Source: Tubulanus polymorphus (Eukaryota > Animalia > Nemertea). From it: 64,000 nt of DNA. Shown here one piece after another: positions 10,641 to 23,859 of this stretch. The DNA lies in NCBI RefSeq assembly GCF_964204645.1, contig NC_134027.1, forward strand, positions 11,564,485 to 11,628,484, read 5' to 3'. The notes beneath the pieces were generated by a model. The model did no database searches. It was not told where the DNA came from and saw only the letters and a program-made list of their open reading frames with translations. The stretch's first letter is position 1, and each line of letters begins with the position of its first letter. The translations under genes and the position numbers were made by a program.

Positions 10641-13110
10641 TAAATTATCTGTGCGAGTCAAAATAAGAAAAAAATAGCTGCAAAGCAGCAATAAGGGGTT
10701 TTCTGCCTTGCAGAATCATATGCAAACCTTTGGTAATTATTATAAATAGAATTAGAATAGAAAAAAATTACCCTCTGTCGGGGTTCGAACACGATATGGT
10801 TGGTGAATGTCAATTCATTTCATCACAATAAGACCATACAAGTTACTTTTGATATGAGATGAGGTGAACAAGCAATATGAGACTATTCAATAAAGGTTAG
10901 CTTGAATTGACGTTTATCGGATTGAAACCAAAAACGGCGGTTCCGAATTCGTTGGAGTGAAAACCATAAGTTCTATTTCAATGGAATTCAAACCCAATGA
11001 TGACTAGCACTGTCGGACAAAAAAAAAATATTTGAAATATTTTCACATCCGAAATAAAATCTGTGTTGTAAATGTAAATATTTTCTCACCGAGATAATAC
11101 AAGTTCCATCTCCATCGCTACGAAACAAGCAATACTCAGCAAGACACCGTGTACATGTATCACACAACATATGACCTTCTAAATAAGTTTGTTTGACGAT
11201 TCAGATTAAATTTAGAATTTGCTGAAGACATTGCCGCTATTGTCGTATGTATACAACCAAATATCATAAGGACTGGGTAACTCATATATAACTCATATAT
11301 ATATAACTTGTATATAAGATAGTAATCCTAAGAAAATCATTAGGGTTTCTGCCGCTTTCGCAGAAGCCCTGTTGTTATTCTGTACATTATTAGGCCAAAA
11401 ATGATACTTTTTTCTCATTTTCAAAATCCCTGAAAATGACCAGGCAGGCATGTGTTTATTTTTATTCTTTATTTTGAATGAATTTTTGGAAATATTGACC
11501 AGGCAGGCAGCATTCATATTTTTGAAACAATATTTTGGATTTTATCATCATCATTCTCTTTTTCACATAGTATATTACTGAGTGTATACTACTGCACCTG
11601 AATTCCACTGTCGTTGAAGTCGGAAATAATGTACCCTTCACACGACGGCGTCTAACGTAACGTGTGCACACACTTGAAGTTGATCAGGCTTCAATGAAGG
11701 GGGTGGTGGGGAAGGGCAATTTGTTACTACAATTGAAATATAAGGACTTGTGGAGGTTAGGTCTGTTTCAATTATACTAGGTGACGCTGCTTCAAAATAG
11801 CAATAATAATGTTATGAACTGATGACACTAATTTCAACGAAGTATATAACATTTAAACAAGTAAGGCAGAAGCCCGTTATCGCTTCTTTGCAGCTATATT
11901 TACTACAGTTATTGACAAACCGATAAGGTTTCCTTGAAACGACAAGTGATAGATTTCATCCCAGCGTTCATCAGCAGGGCCTATTTGTACCACCGCATTC
12001 TTGAAATTCAGGTAATGCGAATGTTTTTGCATTTGCGACAAAGATTGGCGCAATGAGTCGAGGATAAAAAGTCAGTTTCAAAATTTAGAAAACGATTATT
12101 TTTTGCCACGTTCCGGTTCGCATGTCAGAGTCGGTCTTTTACGGCAATCGTGTGAGATCGGTCTATGATTTCTGCATGAATTGCAATCTCGTTGTTTATA
12201 TTCCGAGCTTATCATTGCTCGGAATAAACTAGTTTTCTCAGTTAAAAAGGCCGGTTTGCTCAGTTGTTACATGTTACTGGGATCACGAGAGGGTCCCAGT
12301 TGTGGTGAAATTGGTGCGCCCCGTCATCGCTATAGATGTATATCGTCATCCAGTGCACCTCGTCGCGTCGATTTCGACGTAGTTGGTCAAACGATGGATC
12401 GATTTCGTACTCGTGAGACGACTCCGGACGCGACGGAGGCATTGACAAAATATCGATATCTCGTTTATTTTGCCAAAGCCTCGAAATCTTGTTATGCTGC
12501 AGAGGAACCATCGGCGGGTTATGAACAGCGGGTCGAAAATTTTCCGAAATCGGCTGTAGCACATTTTGATCATATTATATCATCCAAATGCCGTTTCAGA
12601 CCATCTTCATTATGTATATTTTCTCTATAGTTCTCATTCTGTACTGTCATTAGCTACTGTTGATTTTGAGCACAGTCTTTGTGCGCACAGGTCTGCAGGT
12701 ATATACTTGATATAGGTTCTCGCGCGCTCATGTTTTTTTTCACGCTTGTGATTTGATGTTGACATGGTTTCTAGTTAAGTAAAGGTCTCACAGTGATGTA
12801 AGAAGTAGTTTTGCGTAGCCTAATTGTTCGCCTTTATTTCTTGTTTTCCATAAATCGAGATCATATAAAAATCCACGTGACTATTATCAGCTACCGTACT
12901 TCGTTTGGTCAGATATGACGAAAATAGCATATCGTTAAATATTCAAGACCATTCAAATTGCCTTATTGAAAAATCATTATCGAGGCGTGACAAATATCGC
13001 CCTACAATACGTAGGCAACTTGTAGTACTTTAGGCTTGCAGTATATCGCAGTACTGCACCGTACACTAGTCTGCAGTGAAATAAATACCAGTACCGGTAC
13101 ACACTTCGAT

Positions 13111-16100
13111 ATGGATGCAATAACGTTGACACTAATTGCTTGTTTTCTTGCGATTGTCTACTTCTTTTTGAATCGAAAACGTTACAATCTTCCACCGGGA
13201 CCTAAAGGTTATCCTTTCGTCGGAAATACGTTTGGTAAGCCTGATTAAATTCGAATTTCGCTAGTATTCTATATATTCACAGGGGTGTCTCATAATGTGT
13301 TACCGAAGATTAATTGTTCATTGACCATAATTAATATCAATGGAACAATCCGTATTTTTTGTTTTTGGTTCGACACAATTTCGTAACTATTAAAAAAACA
13401 TGGTGCAATTGCAATTCAATATTCCATCCTATATCAAACATCACTTCTACCAATCCAAGCCCCAAAAAGTTAATTCCATTTGATTGATCAGTCTTAAAAG
13501 CTTCAGTAACACTGTCTACTAATTTTAGTTTATTTTATATACTTCAAGTAAAAGTAATATAAGTATGTGACCCACATACATTCTTATGTAACAGAGTTCA
13601 AAAAAGAAGGTCGACCACTTTATAAACACTTCATAGAATTGGCAAAGGAACATGGCGACATATTCAATTTCAGATTAGGTAACGTCAAATTTCTATTGGA
13701 TGGTTTATGTTTTATGAATGTTAATCAGTCACACATAGGCTAATTTCGTTTATAACTCTTTGACAGGAATTGGGAGACCAGAAAATATAATCGTATTAAA
13801 CAATGCCGATTTGGTAACGAATGCGTTCGTTCAAAGTTCTGACTTCGATTATCGGCCATCGTCCTGGTCATGTAATTATTCCCACCGTTTTTTCTAAAGT
13901 CTATATCTAGTCGAGTGTTGTGTAACTGTTTGATAATTTGCTCAATCCATTCGATATCATTTGGTTGTAGTTCTATTCTTTACGGATGGAGGGCGAGATA
14001 TTATTTTGGGTAAGCCGGACGATCCAGTTTGGAGAATACAACGTAAGATAACTACATCTGGTCTAAGGTAAACCGTGTTTAATGTTTCCGCCTATATCGG
14101 TACATGAGGTTCATTATGAACAAACAAAAAATAAAAAATTGTTAATTTCCTGCAGGAATTTCCTGAGTGGATCCAGACTGGATAGTAAAATACAAGCGTC
14201 GGTTGAAAAAGGTGTTGCTGAATTCGATAAAGTCAATGGGAAACCAATAGAAATTAAACCCATTCTCAATCTAATGATTTACAACGTAATCTGTGATATG
14301 TTGTTTAATTTGCAGTAAGTTAAACACATATTGATACGATTTCTATTCCGCTTTATGTATAGATTATGCGACTGAATTTGGAATTTTGATCTAAAGGTTT
14401 GATTTTAACGATAAAGATTTCAAAAATCTGTACACAAACTTGGCGGAAGTCGATGAGATATTCGGTAATGGTTTATTAGAGGACGCTATGCCCTTCGTGC
14501 AGTATTTGCCATTCAAAACGAGCAGCACGAAAAGAGCCATGGAAATATACGCATACATAATGGCTTTCTTCGAAACACAATTCCGTGAACACGTTAACAA
14601 GTATGACTCGGGTACGTGGGCATTCTATCATTCTATTCATGAACGTACGGTAATTATATTTCTTCTGGTTTTCGATTTTATAAAGCATATCAAGTGATAC
14701 TACTTTGATATTTGCAGAGAATATTGGAGATCTTATTGACTTCTTGATTAATGCTAGAGAAAAACTACGCGAGGAAGATGCTGAACTAGCTGAAAAGTTC
14801 TCTGACCGACATCTCATTCAAACTATTAGTGATGGATTTAGCGGTAATGTCGCAAATCCTAGTATCGAATTTCATTGCAAATTTGTGTAATTAGCCAACT
14901 TGGGACTTTAGTCCCAGCGGGCTATTGCGTTCACTTTTCGTCCGTCGTCCGTCCGTCCGTAGACGAAATCCAGTTATTTTGGGAAGTTTTGAAGACGTTT
15001 CAAGGTAATGTCTTGATATTTGGTTTATGCATGTACCTACCCTAGACATATCTTCACCCCAAAAACTGGCCCTGTCAGATTAAAGATGGCCGACTGGCAG
15101 CAATTGTTGTTCGCCAAAATCAGCACTTTTTACACATTTTCGAAGTTTTTGAGGGAAATTTCGAAGACGCTTAAATCAATTACCTTGATCGTTCGTATTT
15201 ATTTGTATCCCCCAAGGGCCCATCAGCAAAAGAAAAATTGGGTCGATCGGACTCAAGATGGTTGTCCTGTGACCTTTTCTTGTGCCCAAAAATGTCAATT
15301 TTAGCCCACTTTAGTCCCATCGGGCTATTGCGTTCACTTTTCGTCCGTCGTCCGTCCGTCTGTCCGTCCGTAGACGGAATCCAGTTATTTTGGGAAGTTT
15401 TGAAGACGCTTCAAGGTAACGTCTTGATATTTGGGTTACACATGTATCTACCCTAGACCCATCTTCAGCCCAAAAACTGGCCCTGTCAGAATCAAGATGG
15501 CCGACTGGCAGCCATTGTTGTTCGCCAAAATCAGCACTTTTTACACATTTTTGAATTTTTTGAGGGAAATTTTGAAGACGCTTTGATCAATTAGCTTGAT
15601 CTTTCGGATGTATGTGAATCCCCCCAGGGCCCATCAGCATAACAAAAATTAGGTCGATCAGACTCAAGATGGCCGTCCTATGACCTTTTCAGTGCCCAAA
15701 AATGTTAATTTTGGCCCGAATCCTGAGTCCTGTAGCTTCTTACTGGTTTTCCATTTCTCATTGCAATTAGTGATGGGTATTCTTTGGAAAGGGATGTTTT
15801 ATACCTGAGACAGGTATTTTTCATCAGCCAATTATGACGCAATTGGCGGCCATCTTGGTGTCATCAGTACTCATTCGTAGGTGGGAAAAGGTTTTCGATA
15901 TTACATTGATACCTAAGCATATTTTGCTACCACAATCAATAAGAAAGTTGTAGCTCATAATGTGTTCTATGATTGTGGTGAGTTTCAAGGTAATTGGATT
16001 TTCGTATATGGCCACCAGGGGGCGTTGAATAATACAATATCTTCGCATTTCTTTATTATATTCGTACCTATGCATATTTAGTAACCACAATAAATTGGAA

Positions 16101-18066
16101 AGTTGTAGCTCATGACATCATCTATGATTGTTGCGAGTTTTAAGGACATTAGTTTTTCTATATGGTCACCAGGGGGCGTTGAATAGTAGAATAACTTAGT
16201 ATTTCCTTATTATATTGTTACCTAGGCATATTTTGTTACCATGATCAATTGCAAAGTTGTAGTTCATGACATGTTCTATGATTGTTGTGAGTTTAGAGGT
16301 CATTGGGTTTTGAATATGGTCACCAGGGGGCGTTGAATAGTAGAATAACTTAGTATTTCCATATTAAATTGGTAACAGGGCATATTTTGTTATCACAATC
16401 AATTACAAAATCGTAGCTGCTGACATGTTCTATGATTGCGGTGAGTTTCAAGGTCATTGGTTTTTGTATATGGTCACCAGGGGGCGTTGAATATTGAAAT
16501 TGTTAGATTGTTGAGCATTTGGAACCACTTCCCAAACGGGCATGGTGTACCTGGACCCCTAGTTTGTCCTATAGCTTCCTAATGGGTTGCCATTTTTCAT
16601 TGCAATTTGTGATGGGTATTCTTTGGAAAGGGAACTCTTATACCCGAGACAGGTATATTTGATCAGGCAATTATGATGCAATTGGCGGCCATCTTGGTGT
16701 CATCAGTACTCATTCGTAGGTGGAAAAAAGTTTTCCCACATTATATTGATACTTAAGCATATCTTGTTATTTTTTTATCGATTGGAAAGTTGTAGCTCAT
16801 GACATGGTCTATGATTGTGGTGAGTTTCAAGGACATTAGTTATCCTATATGGTCCCTAGGGGGCGTTGAATAGTAGAATAACTTAGTATTTCCTTATTAT
16901 TTTGGTACCTAGGCATATTTTGTTACCATGATCAATTGCAAAGTTGTAGCTCATGACATGTTCTATGATAATGGTGAGTTTCAAGGTCATTGGGCTTCGC
17001 ATATGGTCACCAGAGGGCGGTGAATAGTAGTATTACTTAGTATTTCCATATCATATTGGTAACTAGGCATATTTTGTTACGACATTCAATTGCAAAATTG
17101 TAGCTGCTGACATGTTCTATGATTGTGATGAGTTTCAAGGTCATTGGATTTTTCAAGGTCATCGGATGGGGCGTTGAATATTGAAATTGTTAGATTGTTG
17201 AGCATCTGAAACCACTTCCCAAGTGGGCATGGTGTCCCTGGACCCCTAGTTTTTTAAATGATTTTGAATTAATGAGTTTCACACAATATTGTGTTCATTT
17301 TTATCTGTTGATATTAGCGGGAGTGGATACATCAACTCATTCACTGAATTGGTTGTTTTACTTCATGGCAAAACATCCCGATATACAAGACCGAGTTCAC
17401 AAAGAAATAGATGGAGTCATCGGTAAGTAAAGTATACGTTTTGATTCTGAAAGTAAAGATTTTTATGTTCATTTATCTAATTTTCATTTTCAATTTCAAA
17501 GGTAATCGACAACCGACAATCAATGATAAATCAAATTTGATATATTGTGAGGCGGCCATCCTTGAAACATTGCGAATTTGCCCGGTTGGTCCAATAACAT
17601 TTCGGGCAGCCAGTGTCGATACTAAACTCGGTAATATCAGCAATCAGTTCTCTAGAAAGAGTTCCATGCCACACCTGATTACAGCAAATTCCATTCGAAT
17701 GTTTCAGATGGTTATGACATACCAAAGGGTTCTCAAGTTTGGGCAAATATATATGCGTGTCACCACGACTCGAGAGTCTGGGACGACGCCGAGGATTTCA
17801 AACCAGAGCGATTCATTGACGAAGCTGACGGTAAAATCGTCGCTCGTCCTAAATCCTGGTTGACTTTTGGTGCCGGAAAACGAGCCTGTATCGGTGAGAA
17901 CCCCGCCAAACATCAAGTATTCGTGTTTTTCGTCAGCTTGATGCAGAGATTTACGTTCGGTTTCCCAGACGAAAACTATCTGAAGCGTAGACCGACGGAA
18001 TTAGATGATAACGGTATTGTGTGTATGGCAAAACCGTACGAGGTGATCGTCAGCACCCGCTCTTAA
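13111..18066 (+). CDS. Cytochrome P450, clan 2 (CYP17/CYP1/CYP2-like), copy B; 10 exons, ~500 aa
   Basis: exons 13111-13234, 13595-13678, 13767-13871, 13971-14067, 14156-14314, 14397-14611, 14718-14843, 17318-17422, 17502-17630, 17708-18066 sum to 1503 nt in frame; all GT-AG; AGVDTS, ETLR, PERF and FGAGKRACIG present. Confidence 0.93.
14892..17249 (+). mobile_element. HINE/pearl-like element (outer copy) in intron 7 of CYP copy B
   Basis: 5' hairpin with subTIR gccaacttggg (family consensus gcccacttggg), (GTCC)n microsatellite, 154-bp tandem core, 3' subTIR cccaagtgggc plus short hairpin and CTAG, inserted in a T run; absent from copy A. Confidence 0.85.
15302..16562 (+). mobile_element. Second full HINE copy nested inside the outer copy
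   Basis: restarts with tagcccactttagtccc at 15302 and ends ggacccctag at 16562; the outer copy then resumes (gtcctatagcttcc); core motif recurs at 16007, 16161, 16315 and 16469. Confidence 0.8.
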
Positions 18067-18499
18067 TTTGATTAACTATGATGACAAGATTGACATATAT
18101 TTTAGACGTAATTGGATTTGTTTCTTTGAAGTAGTAAATTATCTCCCGTTGCAGGAACAACGCGGTCAACTGCTATTTTGTTGTCTATTTGTACAATATC
18201 AATCATCAAACTACACGCAACACCAAAATATTCTCTCAACAATTTAAAGAATCTTATTATATAATACTAACGAATCCAATCTATGTGCTGAACGCAGCTG
18301 ACCTACTTCTTCCACTTACATATACACAGTGTCCCAAAATATGTCCCTATTTTCATCTGGAAAAAAAATTGTTGTAAGATTTGATTCTGACAAATGTGCA
18401 CGAATTTAAAGCACAAACCTAGGAGTTTTTGGTTCGATGATCATTTCTTACCTCTTCATAGTTTTGCGCTAGGAAAATCGGTGAAGTGTGTACCAGCCA

Positions 18500-21003
18500 T
18501 CCTGAGCACGAAATAATGCGTATAGATTAGTCATCCTGGTGGGTTGATTGATAAGGGAGACAAATGAATTTGAAATAATATTACATGTATTTATAAATGT
18601 ATCACATTGTGAATTATGACCATTATTACCGAAATCGATATCAAAATCACCTAGAATTACAACGTTCAGTTTTTCAGTATTTACCTGTGCTGAGAATTTA
18701 GAAAATTCCTCAATAAAGTTTTGAACTTTTTCGCTTGGAGTACGATAAATACAACCTATCACAAATTTTTTTCGTGTGATAACCGTTTCGATAAATATAC
18801 TTTCTCCCAGACATAAATCGTGTCTTATTTTGAAAGGAATGGAGTTGTGAATAAGTATACCGACGCCGCCACCTCCTTTATTAGTGCTACTTTTAAAAAC
18901 ACTAGTATAGTTAGGTATATTGTATAAAGATTCATTTGGATGATTACTATCCGTCCAAGTCTCTGATAAACCGATTACAGAAAATGCATGGTTTTAGCTG
19001 ACCTAAATCGGGGAATCACATTACTGAGTTGTATTAGTAAGTTATTCACAAGTATATTAAACGATCGTCTCCATGAATTTCTTGAATCAAATGAACTCCT
19101 GAATAGAAATCAAGCCGGATTTCGAAAAAATCATAGCATTTTGGATCACATTTTCACCCTTCACTCAGTAATTGACACCCTTTTTAGAAAGAAGCGAAAG
19201 CTCTATTGTATTTTTATTGACTACCAAAAGGCATTTGATACAATATGGCGAAAGGCACTGTGGCACAAACTTATCTCAACAGGTATCACCGGAAATATCC
19301 TAAACGTAATTCATAATATGTATAAACATATCAAATCCATAGTTCACGTGCAGGGTCAATCCTCAGGTTGTTTTCTTAGTAACATAGGATTGAGACAAGG
19401 GGAAAATTTATCGCCAGTGCTTTTTTCTATATTTGTCAATGACCTTGAGGCTTCATTAATTGAAAGTGGTTGTCAAGGGATTTCATCTCCCTTCGAAAAC
19501 GAAGATCTATGGGTTCAGCTACTAGTTCTTCTGTACGCAGATGATACGATCTTATTGGCCGATAGTGCAAGTGCACTTCAGAAAAACCTCGATATGTTGG
19601 TCGCTTATTGTAAAAGGTGGAAATTAGTAATCAATATTAGTAAAACTAAAGCTATTGTATTCGAAAAAAGGAAGTCTATTAGACAACCCGTATTTAATAT
19701 CGATGGAGTATTAATCGAAACTGTATCTGAATTTAAATATTTAGGTGTGCTTTTTAATTATACAGGAAACTTTGCAAAATGTAAAAAGCTGACTTGTGAA
19801 CACGCAAAGAAGGCGCTTATATTTGTTCTTAAGAAAGTTCAACATTTTTCTCTTGACTTTGATACTGCTTTCCAAGTCTTTGACGCAATGGTTGGATCGA
19901 TTTTAACATTTGGTTGTGAGGTGTGGGGCTTTGGAAATTTTGATGTTATTGAAAAAATTCATTTAACATTTTGTAAATATCTGCTAAGCCTCAAGAGGTC
20001 AACACCAAATTTGATGATATACGGTGAGACAGGAAGGTTTCCATTTGAAATTCGTATCAAAGTTCGTATGGTAAAATTTTGGGGACACTTGATCCTGCAT
20101 GAAGAGACATACTCTGGTAAAATGTACCGCATTCTTTATAATAGTCATTTAAATGGTTCGCAAAGTAAATGGATATCCTGTATCAAATCAATCTTACAGA
20201 ATTGTGGTCTTGGTAATATATGGTTGGAACAAACTTTTCCGAATATTCCCTACCTTGGGGAACTCGTAAAACTTAGATTAGAAGATCAATTTAAACAGAC
20301 ATGGCATGGATCGATGGTACTATCCTCTAAATTAGATACGTATAGAATATTTAAAACTGATTGGGGACAAGAAAAATATCTTTCATCACTACCACGAAGT
20401 TTAAGAATCTCACTATGTAGATTTAGATGTTCCAACCATAAATTACCAATAGAGACTGGTAGATATGAAAACAAACCACGGAACGAACGAGTTTGTAATA
20501 AATGTAACGAGAATACTATTGGGGACGAATATCATTTCATACTGAAGTGCGAATTTTTCAACGCTTTTAGAATTTTGTATATACCTAACAGATATAGAAT
20601 TGGCGCAAATCATTATAAATTCAAGCAATTGCTCAGTAATGAAAACCTGTATTACAGTCTATCTAAATACATTACGACTGCTACACGGTTGTTATAGCTA
20701 GGGCTATGAATATGTATAAATTTGCCAGCTTTTATATTTATACTATTCATACTATTTTGTTATGCTCGGAAAAATTGTATATCTTTTTTGGAGCAATAAA
20801 CTAAACTAAACTAAAAACTAAACTAATAAACTTAAATAATCAATAAAGCTATCGAAATTTTTGGTGACACTCCTGATATTAGCATGGATAAGACTTAAAG
20901 ATTTGGATTCTCTTGATATGAACACATGGGAATCGAAATTTGACGAAAGATAATACTTACAATCAATCCTTCCTGAGTTATCCATGTCCATATCATTATA
21001 CAT
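18500..21003 (-). mobile_element. CR1/L2-like LINE endonuclease (APE) fragment, split by a younger LINE
   Basis: SLIHANIRSVTKNFDSFIDYLSLL (~20824-20895) joins NHAFSVIGLSETW...GGGGVGILI...IGCIYRTP...VILGDFDID (downstream of 18992 on the minus strand). Confidence 0.8.
18994..20823 (+). mobile_element. 5'-truncated RTEX-like LINE with an intact RT and C-terminal ORF
   Basis: ORF 18988-20697 has RGITLLS, QAGFR, FIDYQKAFD, GLRQGENLSP, LYADD, YLGV and the C-terminal SNHKLPIETGRY..C..C..DEYHFILKC; 3' tail aataa(actaa)n. Confidence 0.9.
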
Positions 21004-21160
21004 AAACTTAGATAACGATAGAATAGTACATAATATGGAAAGGATCTACTTTGTTTGTGGCAACTGTTATGAAAACATTCGCTTAAAGTTTCGGCCATCT
21101 ATAATTATACATGTACCCTTTTTATCTTTTTATTCTGCTTAAGTTTTCCTCGTAAATGTA

Positions 21161-21337
21161 CAGTGGAACCTCGTTATAACGAATCCAGATAAAACGATTC
21201 ATCGGATACAACTAAAAAAATATGAAATTTCGTCCCAACTATAGACTATTTGATTAATTCAATACTGGATATAACGAACTATCGGTGGTTATCCTATTTT
21301 CTGGTTCCGTGAAGTTCGCTGTAACGAGGTTCTTCTG
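21161..21337. mobile_element. Tc1/mariner-type MITE
   Basis: cagtggaacctcgttataacgaa / ttcgctgtaacgaggttcttctg imperfect TIRs with TA flanks. Confidence 0.75.
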
Positions 21338-23859
21338 TATTACGCCCTAATTGTAATTGCCAGAGTTTATCGGAAATAAAGTAAAGTAAAGTAGAATTCA
21401 CAAATCATATGGCGGTTGTTTACTTGGTTGACGGTATCTGTGTGCCTGAGGTCATTGTAACGCGGACTACCACATCCACTCCACTGTAATGGTACTTAAC
21501 AATCTCTGTACCACTTGATATTCCTCTAGATTCTCCACCAGTTGTGTCACGAAGTTCTCAACCAGTGCTGTGTCCCCGGACTCTCCTCTATCGTTGTTCT
21601 TTCTGCTGTACCGCAGGATCTTCCTCTTTTTTCAAGAAGATATATGAAGTGCTAACAAGTCATTCTTGTATGATGATCGCACTGCTTCTTTATTTTCTTC
21701 TCAGCGTCACATTTCTTTCTGTTTTATCTCCCAACTCCTTTGTACTCCCCCTGAACCAAAAACCTAAGACTTATATACTAATGTGTACATTTTTCACATT
21801 CCCAAACCATGACCTCACCCGCTTCTATCTATCCTTACCCTATTTGGTATGATCAATCCCTGCTACTTCCATTCTACTCCCCCCTGAACTAGGCTAACTA
21901 TCCCTCAAAAGTCCTTATATTTTAGATATAGCAACTAAATGCTCTTCTCAACAAACTCACACCTTGTAATCCGAGCCATTTGCCTTCAGTGTGCGTACCA
22001 GCACACATCTAGTGTGCGCAATCGTGCACACTGACACACCTATCTTTTCCCATAAAACCCTATAACTGTTGCCTCTACGTCATCCTCAAAGAAATACAGA
22101 CTAATCATCATTACCGTGTATCGTGTTATTATATTACGATAATATTACGGGTATTACAACTCTCAGGCCTCAGGAACAAGAAAATTGGCATAAGTTACAA
22201 TTCCAAAATATCAGCTCCAGAAAGGAATTTCAAAATAGTTAAATTTTTGGGACACCCGATGCAAAGCAGCTTTTCGTACCTGCGGCGGTGCGATCTGGCA
22301 TTGACACAAAATCTCGCAGATACAGTATCCTTATTCTTTTAACCGTTAGCACGGTACCAGAACATGTACTTGCAAATTTTAACGTGTTGCTTTGAAGCTA
22401 TTGGCCGATGTCGGTGGGCAGTGTTTCTCGAAACTCTTCAATTTTCATATTCTTTTCCTCTGACTGGTGCACCCGCTTTATGTTAAATAAATTTCCTTGT
22501 CTGGGTTGGAACCGACGCGCCCTCGCTTGCCCGAGTCTGATTGCCGCCCGTTGGGGCTCACGGGCTAACTTCTCAATGAACTCCCACCTTGTCAGTGATG
22601 ATGAAATCATTAACGTAAGAGAGAGACTATTTCATCATTGATTTCAAACTCAAATCTTTATTTTATCGTATTAAATTAAGCACACATTTCCAACAGAATT
22701 ATATAAATGCACATATAAAGAGAATTTCATGTACAAATATTTTGCATCGTGTAAACAAATGAATCACACTTAAATAATATTCACTGCAAGTAGTATACAG
22801 TATATAAGATCATATATGATACACTACAAGAAGACTTTTTAACAAAAGCTCAGTAGTAATAACTATAGGTACGAATAGGCTTCGCCGTGTGCGCCAAAGT
22901 TAAAGGATATTCGGAGATTCGTAAAACCAATTCATACGTGATAGCTCCAATGTATAGGTAAATATTCAAGATGACAATATAATACAATCTTGTTTGTATA
23001 TAATTTGCACATAATCCTAAGAGAACACTACAATGTATTATTATGAATATATTTTTGTTAAGAAACCCAAGGGACATTACAGCAAAGGGACAAATATTTT
23101 ATCCATCGCCTTCTAAAATTCATCGCTCAGACGTACTAAATCGTACTGTAACAGCGATATCGATTTTTCTTATGAATTTTACACAAAGTTTTGCGAATCG
23201 TTGCGTCATTCGATATTTTACCGATAATGTCTCTCTCGGCTCAAAGCTACTAAATTTCTTTTCCAAGATCAATCAACGCAATTTTGTAATGACCGTTTTC
23301 GTACGTACGCACTCTACATCCATTCGACGAATATGAACGTCGTTCATTTCAAAACTCTTAGAAAGAATACTCATTTCTAAAATCTGAATCTGAGAGTGGA
23401 ATTTGCACAAATATACAGGCATATAGCCCATATATATTGAGTCGAAAACCTGACGTAAAAAATCTCCAGTATACATTTTAATATTAACTCCGGTCGCACG
23501 TACAATTTGAAACTTAAGATTATGCATCCTGATATAGAAACCTGGATCGATGAAATTATCGTAACTTTCGATCTACACATCGAATTTCACTAAATTGGCA
23601 CAAGAACTATCAAGAAAGCGGTCATTAGCTTTTATCGTCTCGTTTGTGGGAAGTAGAAAGTTGGCCTAAGAGCCATAGAATGGTCTGTGATCAGAAGCAA
23701 GTTAAGAGAGAAAGAGAGGGAGGGAATGCTTCAGATTTTCATGGGCAGGAGATTTCGAAAAATGGGAGCAAACATTTTACTCAAACATGCCTTCAATTTT
23801 GAACTATTCACGAATAACCAAAATGATATATAAATTACATCAATTCAACGGTTATTTAT

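Noticed and set aside
12181-12630. Overlapping ORFs of 75-149 aa
   Set aside because: No recognisable domain or consistent splice structure; at most a decayed fragment
15945-17200. Regularly spaced repeats resembling a CRISPR array
   Set aside because: Whole 154-bp units repeat with no unique spacers; eukaryotic context and no cas genes; this is the HINE core array
724-18066. CYP copies as a haplotype or assembly duplication
   Set aside because: Opposite orientation, diverged introns, copy-specific TE insertions and clustered amino-acid changes indicate true paralogs
18988-20697. Stand-alone or domesticated reverse transcriptase gene (retron/DGR-like)
   Set aside because: Typical non-LTR RT with RTEX-like C-terminus, 5' truncation and tandem-repeat tail; it interrupts another LINE
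22398-22641. Possible small gene or third Rho exon
   Set aside because: No Rho similarity or known motif; lies beyond the putative polyA signal of the distal isoform
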